Shown here piece by piece: positions 40,323 to 52,064 of a stretch of DNA of 64,000 bases (positions are counted from its first letter, which is position 1; each line of letters begins with the position of its first letter). This stretch comes from Octopus sinensis (Eukaryota): NCBI RefSeq assembly GCF_006345805.1, contig NC_043006.1, forward strand, positions 68,386,001-68,450,000. Reading direction: 5' to 3'. The position numbers and the translations under genes were made by a program. The notes below the pieces were generated by a model. It did not search any database. It saw only the letters and a program-made list of their open reading frames with translations, and was not told the DNA's origin.

Positions 40323-41162
40323 TCATCATCATCATCATTCATTTAGCGTCCGTTTTCCATGCTAGCATGGGTTGGACGGTTCAACTGGGGTCTGGGGAGC
40401 CCGAAGGCTGCACCAGGCCAGTCAGATCATATATATATACACAAGTGTATATAAATATAAACAAACATCTGTTTTGTCTTTTTATAAGCATTGAAATGTG
40501 TACAGAAAAACAGAAATAAGATGACAATTTAATTTCAAATGCAGAAATGCCATTAGAACAGCAAAGATACTGGGTAAATTAGCTTTAAAAAGCTGTAAAA
40601 AAATTTTTCCACCTTGTAAAGATATATTTCTGCTCTTTCTAATGGCATTTCTGCATTTGAAATTGAAAGTTGAAGAAGCAAGTGAGCATAACTGATGAGG
40701 TAACAGATATTGCTGAACTGATGTGTATGCATATATATATATATATATATATATCATCATCATCATCATTCATTTAGCGTCCGTTTTCCATGCTAGCATG
40801 GGTTGGACGGTTCAACTGGGGTCTGGGGAGCCCGAAGGCTGCACCAGGCCAGTCAGATCATATATATATACACAAGTGTATATAAATATAAACAAACATC
40901 TGTTTTGTCTTTTTATAAGCATTGAAATGTGTACAGAAAAACAGAAATAAGATGACAATTTAATTTCAAATGCAGAAATGCCATTAGAACAGCAAAGATA
41001 CTGGGTAAATTAGCTTTAAAAAGCTGTAAAAAAATTTTTCCACCTTGTAAAGATATATTTCTGCTCTTTCTAATGGCATTTCTGCATTTGAAATTGAAAG
41101 TTGAAGAAGCAAGTGAGCATAACTGATGAGGCAACAGATATTGCTGAAACTGATGTGTATGC
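40321..41162. repeat. Tandem duplication, period about 431 bp, bounded by (TA)n tracts
   Basis: 40321-40730 repeats at 40755-41162; ORFs 40482.. and 40913.. are offset by 431. Differences seen only in the (CAT)n count and near the 3' end. Confidence 0.95.
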
Positions 41163-41498
41163 ATATATATATATATATATATATAAGGTTAATCCAATCA
41201 TGAAAACACAACAACGCGAGGACGTGGAACAAGTATAGTGTTATTGAACACTCAGGAAAGGAAATGTATGTATGTATATATGTGTGTGTACACACACACA
41301 ACAGCATGACTGTTTAGTTAAGAAGAGTGCTTCCTAACCATGTGGTCAGGAGTTCAACCCTGTTGCATAGCACTTTGGGCAAGTATTTTCTACAAAAGCT
41401 CCAGGCCAATCAAAGCTTTGAGGGAGATGGAAACCAGAAGCCCAATGTGAAATTGTGTGTGTGTGTGTGTATATAAACACTGTGGAAGTTGGATCTAT

Positions 41499-41894
41499 TA
41501 CTCTTTTACTTGTTTCAGTCATTTGACTGCGGCCATGCTGGAGCACCGCCTTTAGTCGATCAAATCAACCCCGGGACTTATTCTTTGTAAGCCCAGTACT
41601 TATTCTATCGGTCTCTTTTGCCGAACCGCTAAGTGACGGGGATGTAAACACACCAGCATCGGTTGTCAAGCAATGCTTGGGGGACAAACACAGACACACA
41701 AACACATACATATATATATATACATATATACGACAGGCTTCTTTCAGTTTCCGTCTACCAAATCCACTCACAAGGCATTGGTCGGCCCGGGGCTATAGCA
41801 GAAGACACTTGCCCAAGATGCCATGCAGTGGGACTGAATCCGGAACCATGTGGTTGGTTAGCAAGCTACTTACCACACAGTCACTCCTGCGCCT
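41499..41894 (-). mobile_element. SINE family A, full length, young
   Basis: Near-identical to 5325-5730, including shared variants (acaaggcattggtcggcccg, aagcccagtact, gtgacgggga). Confidence 0.9.
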
Positions 41895-43190
41895 AGTATA
41901 GATATCATTTGGAAGTAGTATATCATTAGTATAGATATCATTTGGAAGTCTCCACACTTTTGGTTGTAGGCTCTTAAATTGTTTCCATTCTCCAGATTGT
42001 CTTTTCTCTCTGCAGACTGTTTAGCTCTGAGTCTGAAGTCATTAATTTACTAATTTATATTGAATTAGAGAAAGACTTAGTATCCACTATCATCTGTCTA
42101 TCTTTTTTTCTTGGTAAGAGGTCTATTTGGTTTCACTGTTCACCTGATTGACATGTGATCAGGTGACTAGCTGGTTTCTTGAAGCTGACATAGTAACGCT
42201 GGAACACTTCTCATTCTATGTATTGTAACCATAACTTCTATGTAAACTAAAGAATGTATTGGGAAACTGACCAACATGTTCATTTAAAATTGCTCATCTC
42301 AATAACAAGATTGTTGTCAGTTGTTCTGGACATGATAAAAAAAATATAAAACTCATAAAAATAGCCCTGTTTGTAAGTCAACCTGGATAAGGGTGCACAG
42401 ACAGTAGTAACTGTTGTCAACATGTTTCCTACAATTAGCTTAATCTTAATTATCAATCACATACATACACTAGCTACTTCAAGTACTTTGTCTATTAATT
42501 TCCCTAACAATATATATACACACATACACACATTGTCAATACATCATTTAACATCCACTTCCATGCTTGCATATTGAATATACATCATTAGGGGCTAGGG
42601 TATGTATGTGTGCACATATATATATATATCATCATCATCATCGTTTAACGTCCGCTTTCCATGCTGGCATGGATTGGACGGTTTGACTGCACCAGGCTCC
42701 AATCTGATCTGGCAAAGTTTCTACAGCTGGATGCCTTTCCAAATGCCAAACACTCCGAGAGTGTAGTGGGTGCTTTTGCGTGCTACCGGCACAAGGGCCA
42801 TAAATCTTTGTAGATAACCATTTAAAAGACTGGGAGAACTACTATATGTAATCAATAACATAGAATAATGTAGATATTTGTTTATTCAGATGATATCAAA
42901 AACTCTCCAATAGGACATTACCATTACTCGAATAACACACACACACCAGTTGTAGTAAGGATTCTCTGTTCCTAGAACTACAAACCTGACAAGTATGAGC
43001 ACATTTTAAGCCCTTTCACACTTGTGCCTGGAGGTGACTCTACTAAGAGATCTCATATTTCATGTCTTCTGTGAAGCAACTGAATTCTTGTTGACAAAAC
43101 AATTGGCAAAGACAACACAGCTTGTATTGACTGTCATACAATACAGCACAATCACACTCATACATATATAAAGAAACCTATCTATCTATC

Positions 43191-43222
<32 letters not shown>

Positions 43223-44750
43223 TGATAGGCCTCTTTCAGTTTCTGTCTATCATATTCACTTAAAATAAAATATATTACTCAACTGTTGAGGATAATTCAG
43301 AAGACAAGTGCTATATATATATATTATATATATATATATATATCTGTGTGTGTGACGTGTGTATAAATACACGCACGCACACACACACACACACACAACC
43401 ATATGAATCTTGTGAGACTGGAGATGTTTAGGAACAGAGTACTGCACCATTGCACCAACACAATTTATGATGCAATGGAGATATTTAATATGGACTACAC
43501 AATTAAAAAAAACATACCATTGCTCTAACCATTTCCAACAACAGGATCTATATCAAATTTCTGCTTGTAAATATGTAGGATGTTGTATGTCACATGTGTT
43601 GGAAGGCATCTCTATTTGATGCTGAGTTTTCCAATACTGCCATGCACAACATCAACACCACCTGAAAATATTCTCTCAAGTTGAATATTTTGTACCATTC
43701 AAAATTGATCAGCTTTAACCATAAATGTCTTAAATTATAAAGTATAACTTTAAACATTTAAAAATTCCATAATTATTCTAACTCTAGAATAAACTAATTA
43801 AGGACATTTTAAGCCTCTAACAGTTTGATTGTATTTTCTAATAAGAGAAACAACTTACATAAAATATCAAATAATAAATATAACCATTTAGGTGAAAATT
43901 AGCATGAAAACCTATGAAGGATTTCCCTAAAAAGGAAGAAGTTAAGGCCATCACAGAAAGTATCAATAGAGACAAGAGTTGAATGTCTAATTGAAAACAA
44001 AGCATTCATATCATTGAACTATCGAAAGGTCAGTTTCATGAATAGGCCAAGTTGTAGGTTAATAAACCTTGTTCGGACTGAGTTACAAAATATTGATATT
44101 AAAATTAAGAAGATTTTGCCAAGGTCGACTTTGCCTTTCATCCTTTTGGGGTTGGTAAAAGAAGTACCAGATGAACACTAGGGTCGGTCAACGCAAGCAA
44201 CTTAACCACTCCCTCAAAAGTGCTGGCCTTGCACTGAAATTTGAAACCAATATCAAAATTAAGGATACCAACCTATGGCAATGGAACAATGGCAACACAG
44301 TTACATCCTGGTTGAGAAGTATTATAAATAAACCTAGCTTTAAGCTCCCCCAAATTTGTACCGTGGATTTTTATTCCCTAATATTCGGGTTCCTGTTAAG
44401 GCTTTAGATTTAGCATGCAAATTCTTCAATGACAAATGACTCAGAAACAGTGATGTTTGAGTATGCTCACAAGACCATGCTTTTTGACAGCCTCTCAATT
44501 TGGATAAAAGAAATATGAATGCAAAATTAATGTATCTGTCGAACAGCTATAAATTGTATTGAAGCTAATATTCCATTTGTTATACAATATCTGATGATTT
44601 GATGATGTAATTTATTGTAAGGTAAAACTTTGCATGACAGACCAATTCCTTAATGAAACAAATATAAGAATGTATTAAATAAATCTTAGAATTTATCTCC
44701 ACTCCTCTCTCTTTTATATATATATATTGTTGACAGAAACTGTGAAGTTT

Positions 44751-44860
44751 TGGCCTGCTTAGTCTACATTGGACAGTCCAATGAAGCTTACACAGACTGA
44801 AGCTGTGGCCTGCTTAGTCTACATTGGACAGTCCAATGAAGCTTACACAGACTGAAGCTG
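44751..44860. repeat. Perfect 55-bp tandem duplication
   Basis: tggcctgcttagtctacattggacagtccaatgaagcttacacagactgaagctg, two copies. Confidence 0.95.
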
Positions 44861-45059
44861 CAAAGTTACTGTCAAACTATTCCTGTAAAAGAATAATGAT
44901 TTGTACTCTGCCGAAAGTATTGACTAATGCTTCAGTTTAACATAAAAGTGAAGATTAATATATGTGTGTGCGTATGTGTAGATAGATATGCTTATTAAAC
45001 TAGATTTTTAAAATAAATTAGCAAGAACTAGAGGGAGAATATCCATGGCCTTTACAGGT

Positions 45060-45330
45060 GTTCAAGCTCCAGACAGGTGAGATTAATGTAGTTGATAAGT
45101 AGAGCTGGCAAGAGAAGTTTGCAGGACATGATGATGAAGTGATGGATTAGGATTACTAGCCATGTGCTTTGAGTACAACAGAAGAGGCATGGTGCCATTG
45201 TGATGGAGTGGATACCAGAAAGAAGAAAAGGACCAAAAGGAAGACCAAGGAAGACATGGTGCAGTATGTTCTGGGATGACATGATAGCAATGAGAGTTGG
45301 CCTGAGTAGAGCCAAGAAGAAGGTGAACAA
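45060..45330 (+). mobile_element. RTE-like LINE 3' ORF remnant
   Basis: Encodes WISHVL...MEWIPERRKGPKGRPRKTW (GRPRKTW at 45239-45259), the conserved C-terminal motif of RTE ORFs. Confidence 0.7.
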
Positions 45331-45696
45331 CTAAGATGTTTAGAGAAGGCTCGTTGCTTTTGTAGAATCTTAGAGCTAAGATATCTATCTATCTACATAT
45401 ATATATATATATATCCTGTTTTTAACTGTTACTGTTTTCAATTTTGTTTTCGTTTCTTGTTTTTATATTCGTCTCTGTTGCGTTTACATTCTTTCCTTCT
45501 ACCAAGAAATCTAATGCCCACAGCTTCGCTTTTTCCTTGGGGCTGGCCGAGTTGGAGCAAATCTCAGAATTAAACAGCCGAAATTTGCCAAGATGATTTG
45601 GTTTCTGACTGAAGATTGAAGGCTTCAAATGACTTGTCTGTTTTCCGTGTTCGTCCCTTCGTGTATTTCACGTTCTTTATATATAAATTTTTATTG

Positions 45697-45740
<44 letters not shown>

Positions 45741-46434
45741 GCATAATTATAATAAGGATTCTGCTAATTGCTTCACCACATACTGAAATTATAAATAGGA
45801 GTTAAAAATTCCTTTTCTGCTACTATAAGAATCTCCATGACGGTAAACATACTTTTTTACGAAGGCCAAGAGAAAAACAATGAATCAACACGACCAGGAT
45901 TAATTATATACGCGTTTTGAGATTAAAGTAATTTAAATTTTACTTACTTATTATTAATATATATATATAAGTGCATGCATATATAGTTAAAGGATATTTT
46001 TACAGACATACAAACTAAACAAGCGATGAAAGGACTCATGTTAAATGTAAAATAATTTTAACAATTCTATTGACAGTGACTTGAAGTTTTGCTGGTTGTC
46101 AGCCTCACTACTCTGGTGAAACTTGGAAATCACTGTCAATAAAATGTGCACGTGTGTATGTGTGTGTGTGAGTGTGTGTGTACGTGCATGTAGTAAATGA
46201 GTATGTGGATAGTATATGTGTGTGTTCTACCAGTAATGTATGTATGTGAGTGAGTATTATAATTTCTGACTGTTTAGTCTGTGTAAACAATTTTAAAACA
46301 ATGTATATTGAAGATAGCTGATTACTCACTTTTACATAATGTAAAATGGTAGTGGTGGTGGAGATAGGCTGTGAAGAAGGCAGCAATGGTGGCAGAGGTG
46401 GTAGTGGTGATGGGTGGAGAAGGTGGTGGTGATT

Positions 46435-46471
<37 letters not shown>

Positions 46472-47120
46472 ATGTGTGTTTGATCTAATTTGAAAATAAT
46501 GATGACGATGAAAGTGTGGTGGTGGTACGTAATGGATGTTGTGTGGTGGTAGAGGTGTGTAATGGTAGTTGTTATTGTTGTGGTGGTTGTGGTAGTGACA
46601 TTACAAAATTAAAACATTTAACACTCATCTCAAGCTGTTTCTGGAAAAAAATTTTAAATGTTCAATATTTTAATAATCCTGGTTTCTTACTTCACTAGAT
46701 GGCTCTGACCGCTTTTTCAAAGTCTCATTTCATTCTACTGGAACGCTGTTGTTTTTCATGCCTTTATATAATTAATTTTTGTAATGTGTGTCTGTAATGT
46801 CACTTCATTAGTGGCTTTTGTGACAAATAAATGAAATTAATATTATTATGCTGGTAAAATCTGGAGATTCTACCAATCTATGACAATAATAACAATGGTC
46901 TCAAATTATGCACAAAGTAGAAATTTCAGGGGAGGGGTTAAGTTAATTACAATGACCCCAGCCCAGAATTCAACTGGTACTTATTTTATCAATGCTGAAA
47001 GGCAAAGTTGACCTCAGCAGAATTTGAACTCAGAATGTAAAGACAGATGAAATGCCAGTGTGCTCAGGATTCTGCCAGCTTGCTGCCTTGATGCCGACGC
47101 CACCACCGCCACCACTACTA

Positions 47121-47460
47121 CTAGTCTCTGAACAGTTTCCAGGAGGTCAATGTTCTGAGCAATATAGGTTTCCAGACTGGTGATGCAAATTCCAAGTGTG
47201 GCCACACCATAGCCATATACAGCCTTAAATAAATAGCTGGAGAGCAGCTGACAAAGGTCTTGCTGACTGATGCCAAGACACCCTCAGCCTTCTTGACAAT
47301 TTTAGAGATGTGCTTTGTCCAGTGTAAATCGCTGCTGGCAGTAATGCCCCGGTCACGTTCACAAGAAGACCTCTTGATATTTAGTTTATAGTTGACAGCT
47401 TCTGCAGTCATGCTCCACTTTCACTGGCCCACCACTGTTCACCTGTTTAAGTATCTTCAT
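47121..47460 (-). mobile_element. CR1/L2-type LINE remnant (RT C-terminus)
   Basis: ORF 47121..47411: ERDRGI..SSDLHWTKHISKIVKKA...LY.AMV.PHLEFASPVW matches the CR1/Jockey-group ERDLG...L.W..HI...KA...LY..LVRPHLEYA..VW signature. Confidence 0.8.
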
Positions 47461-48460
47461 GTCTGGATGGTCAAAGGACCAGTGTTAGCTAAAATATTCT
47501 TTCTCTAGAGACAGACAGATATATAAATGCATGAATAGATGTATATACAGTTCCTACTCACACAAAGACACATACACACAGACTTTACAATCACACACAC
47601 ACACAGACATATATATATATATACATATATATATATATGTATATATACACACACATATACACACATGAATCTACACAAGTCACCCTAGACACAGATGCAC
47701 AAGGCAGAAACTCTTTCTCTCCAATTTGCCCAAATTGTGTAATGTAACTTGCTGTGTAGGGTGGGGACATTGAGGTAGGATGAGTCGAGGTGGAGTGGGG
47801 AATATGGGGTGGGATGAAGGACGGTGAGGTGAGGTGTGAGTTAATCCCAAGTTTGAGATAATAACTAATTAAAGTAGATAAATAAACAGAGGGTGAGGAA
47901 AGGGGAGGAGAATTACCTAAAATAGACAAATGTTATTTTAGGAAGTTGATGGGGTTGTTAGAGAAAATAACAAAAAAGGAAAAGGGTGAAGGGGAGAGGA
48001 GAGAGACAGAGGGGGAGAGAGAAGGACCAAGATTAAATGTCTAGAAATAAGTAGGTTCGTTGTCCTGCTGTTGTGAGCTCAAGTGCTGTCAGGGACAACA
48101 TCAATGTCCCCTCAACTGAAATTTTAAGCTAAATAGTCATAGAAGTATATATAGAAGAGGTAGAAGAGGAGGATAATTGATTCAGTCAACCCCCTCCCCC
48201 AGTAAATGACAAGTGTATCCATTATCTAGTCCTAGTGGTATGGGAAATAAAAGTTGACCCCAACAGGATTTGAACTGATAAAAGTGAAGGGACATGTAAT
48301 AAAAACAACACCTATTGTCCAGTTCGCTACTGTTACGTCCTAGACCACTAATAATTTGTTGAGCAGACAAATACATCCATTCTTCTAAAATAACTGGCCA
48401 CTCTCCAGTGTTCAACTATGAGTTTAAGCACCCAGCATATCCAATTGAGTTTCTCTACGC

Positions 48461-48714
48461 CAGTGCTTCTCAATCAGAGTCAGTATGTCTCATGGGGGTC
48501 CCTATAGGACTTTGTTGTTAAAAATTATGTGCAATAAGTTGCTTATACTTCTACCATACACAAAAGATATTAAAAAAATTTTTTATACAATTCCTAATAA
48601 AATTTAATTGTAAAAAATATGTGATTTCTTGAAACATAGAATGGCTGTGGGCAGGGGATTAAAATAGGAATAAAAGGGGGACCATAATAAGTAAAAAATG
48701 GTTGAGAATCACAG
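48461..48714. mobile_element. hAT-like MITE, older copy
   Basis: CAGTGCTTCTCAA ... GTTGAGAATCACAG; weak TSD (ctctacgc / gtctaccc). Confidence 0.65.
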
Positions 48715-48824
48715 GTCTACCCCCAAAGTGTCCAGTGGTCATGGTGCAGTGTATGGTATCTGTGAGAGTGGACGTGGGTGTGTGAGGATTGTAGAGGTGT
48801 GTGTTGAATGGCCATAATAATTAC

Positions 48825-48846
48825 CTCACAGTGAAGGACATATAAA
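48825..48846 (-). CDS. Candidate 22-nt coding micro-exon (LYVLHCE)
   Basis: ccttatttacag|TTTATATGTCCTTCACTGTGAG|gtaatt; phase 2 to 0, open, and joins the 37-nt exon in frame. Based on splice signals and phase only; no transcript evidence. Confidence 0.45.
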
Positions 48847-49196
48847 CTGTAAATAAGGCTTGAACACTTTGTTTACTTTAGTGTTCACTGTTGTTTAACC
48901 CAAGGTCAGCTCTGTTTGAACAGACCAATAATTAAAGGTATTCCAGTTATGATATGAAGGAGATGTTCTAGCAGGCTAAGCCACAAGCCAAAGCTGGTCT
49001 AATAGGCAAGTGAATACACACTAACACTCAGTCATACACACACATTAATGTGGCTATAGACACATGTGGTTAAACACATGTAGCTATATATGTGGCTATA
49101 CATGCAATAGTATAACTTAGATACAGTTATATAAGTTATCTGCATAACCACATAACTAAATTCTTATATAAGTTATCTGCATAACCACATAACTAA

Positions 49197-50046
49197 ATTT
49201 TACTAAATTCTTTGTTATATCTAAAATTATTGAGAGAAACAGAGCGTCTCAAAATAAATACAGTAACAAAAGCATTAAACATTCACTCTGACACTGCCTG
49301 CAGGCATAGTGTAATTGATAAAGGCACTGGTGAATGCAGTGCAGTCACTTAGAGGTACTGAGTTCAATCCCAGGCAAAACACCTGAAGAAGGCTTTAGCA
49401 TACACAGCCAAAACATAGTGAAAAGCAACAACCAAGATGAAGACACCAGTCCAACTAATGCATTGTAGGAAGTGACTTGAGGGGCATTAGCTGTTATATC
49501 TAGTATGGATAGTAAAGTAGTCTCTGATGGCATTCTTCACTGTTCTATGTTTAGCCTTTACTACTTAGTACTGGTCACGGCTATAAGGAGAGGTACCCCT
49601 CACTGTGTGCAATATCTGCATAACCACATATTGCACACAGTGAGGGGTACCTCTCCTTATAGCCGTGACCAGTACTAAGTAGTAAAGGCTAAACATAGAA
49701 CAGTGAAGAATGCCATCAGAGACTACTTTACTATCCATACTAGATATAACAGCTAATGCCCCTCAAGTCACTTCCTACAATGCATTAGTTGGACTGGTGT
49801 CTTCATCTTGGTTGTTGCTTTTCACTATGTTTTGGCTGTGTATGCTAAAGCCTTCTTCAGGTGTTTTGCCTGGGATTGAACTCAGTACCTCTAAGTGACT
49901 GCACTGCATTCACCAGTGCCTTTATCAATTACACTATGCCTGCAGGCAGTGTCAGAGTGAATGTTTAATGCTTTTGTAACTGTATTTATTTTGAGATGCT
50001 CTGTTTCTCTCAATAATTTTAGATATAACAAAGAATTTAGTAAAAT
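49197..50046. repeat. Near-perfect inverted repeat (palindrome): 419-bp arms, 12-nt spacer
   Basis: Arms 49197-49615 and 49628-50046 are reverse complements (mirror ORFs 49345..49533 minus and 49710..49898 plus are identical). I saw two mismatches, both in the distal part. Spacer CTGCATAACCAC. Confidence 0.97.
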
Positions 50047-50191
50047 AACTTAGTTATCATTAAGCTAGTTTTAGGAACATAATTTATGACTAAGGTTTGG
50101 TGGAAGATTTTAATTCAGAACTTTTGAAAACAAGACATTTGTACTACAGAGCCAGAGCCAGTTTCAGCCGGGTTGGTAACGAAAGGGTTAA
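49965..50191. mobile_element. Second family of piggyBac-like TTAA MITE
   Basis: Right end GTAACGAAAGGG-TTAA; degenerate left end TTAA-TGCTTTTGTAAC. Confidence 0.65.
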
Positions 50192-50550
50192 GGCTTATAA
50201 ACTCAATACCAATTAGAAATTATAATTCTATATTTTTGAGACAAGGAATTTTATATGTAATGTAACGTAGTAAAAGCAACAATCAAGATGAGGACACCAC
50301 TTCAGTTAATACAGAATGTAAAAATTCCTCGTCTCTGAAATATAGAATTGGATCATTTCCTATTGTTTCAGAAAAGAGGACAGTTTGGATAATGTAGCCT
50401 GAGATATGCTGTTAAGAAGGGATGGTGATGGTCAAAGCATCTTTGATCATCAGTTTGCACAATCAGGATGTATCTGGAACTAAACAACATCTATAACAAC
50501 ATGCCATTGTCTATACCAGCTGCCTTCTTTATGTAGATTTGGGAAAAATA

Positions 50551-50772
50551 TTAACCATTTAGCATTTAAACCAGTCATGTTTGGCTGAAATATTTTACAT
50601 AGGCGCAGGAGTGGCTGTGTGGTAAGTAGCTTGCTTACCAACCACATGGTTCTGGGTTCAGTCCCACTGTGTAGCATCTTGGGCAAGTGTCTTCTGCTAT
50701 AGCCTTGGGCCGACCAAAGCCTTGTGAGTGGACTTAGTAGACGGAAACTGAAAGAAGCCTGACGTATATATG

Positions 50773-50833
<61 letters not shown>

Positions 50834-51225
50834 TTGTGTTTGTTCCCCCCCCCCCCCCCAACATCGCTTGACAACCGATGCTGGTGTGTTTACATCCCCG
50901 TTACTTAGCAGTTCGGCAAAAGAGACCGATAGAATAAGTACTAGGCTTACAAAGAATAAGTCCTGGAGTCGATTTTCTTGACTAAAGGCAGTGCTCCAGC
51001 ATGGTAGCAGTCAAATGACTGAAACAAGTAAAAGAGTATGCCTCATCTTCAAACTGGCCAGATCAGGTTTCTCACACCAACCCTACCATACCATTCTAAA
51101 AATTAACAGTTGCCTTATCAAATTCTTGAAGCTACAAGATAATGCATAACAAATTCAAAATAATGTAAATAAAAAAAGCATTACTTTCGACAGAATAGTG
51201 TGAATACTAAATGTTAAAGGGTTAA
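50551..51225. mobile_element. Second copy of the 7466 piggyBac-like MITE, split by a SINE
   Basis: TTAACCATTTAGCATTTAAACC at the left end. The internal ttcaaactggccagatc...caccaaccctac...gataatgcat matches the 7466 copy. Ends TAAAGGGTTAA. Confidence 0.75.
50601..51038 (+). mobile_element. SINE family A, full length, nested in a TTAA MITE
   Basis: aggcgcaggagtggctgtgtgg...gactgaaacaagtaaaagagta; splits the MITE at 50551-51225. Confidence 0.88.
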
Positions 51226-52009
51226 TGAAGATAAAGCTATTTAATAAATTAAACATTAAGGTGCCTAATTAGTGGAGAGAGAGCAGGAGGATGGGTGCAA
51301 AAATGTTTTAATTATTACATTGTAAAATACAATGGATTAATTATGTGTTAATTAATTATGAATAAGGAATAAAATAAAGCGAAATCTCTTTATCAAAGAC
51401 TTAATGTTTCATATACAGCCTTTATCTTGCTTCAGTCATCAGACCTGTGGCCATGCTGGGGTACTACTTTGAAAGGTTTAGCTGAACAAACAGACCCAAC
51501 TATTAAAATAAAACTAGAGCACAAGTTTCCAAGTAGTAGTAGTAGTAGTGTGTGTGTGTGTGCTATGTGAAGGCATGGCTTAGTGGGTAGGGTGTTGACC
51601 TCGTGATCATAAGGTTACACCTGTTACATCATGGATACTCCACTGGATCAAGGGTGGTGACTACCTAGAGGGTGTCCATGTCTACTTGCAAACATACAAG
51701 AATCTAAAACAATTAGTGAAAACAATATGCTACAAAGTCATCCTCAACTCCAAGTGATAGCCATAGGTTTTTTTTTCAACACACACACAGACATACATAC
51801 ACACACAGACATACATACACACACGTGTGTGGGGGTGTTTGTAAAAGAAAGATAGAGAGAAGTTTTCATTCTGGCCACAGAGGGCAAAACCTGTGGTTCA
51901 ACGGCAGTGTCTACTTTTCACTGTGAAGCTAAAAGTAGATGTTTACTAAAAGCATACAAATGTAAGTTTGCCTTCCATCTTAGTCTCTCTCTCGTTCCCT
52001 CTCTCCCTC

Positions 52010-52064
<55 letters not shown>

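Noticed and set aside
49345-49898. Duplicated 62-aa small protein gene
   Set aside because: The two identical ORFs are simply the mirror arms of the palindrome; TTG start and no homology recognised.
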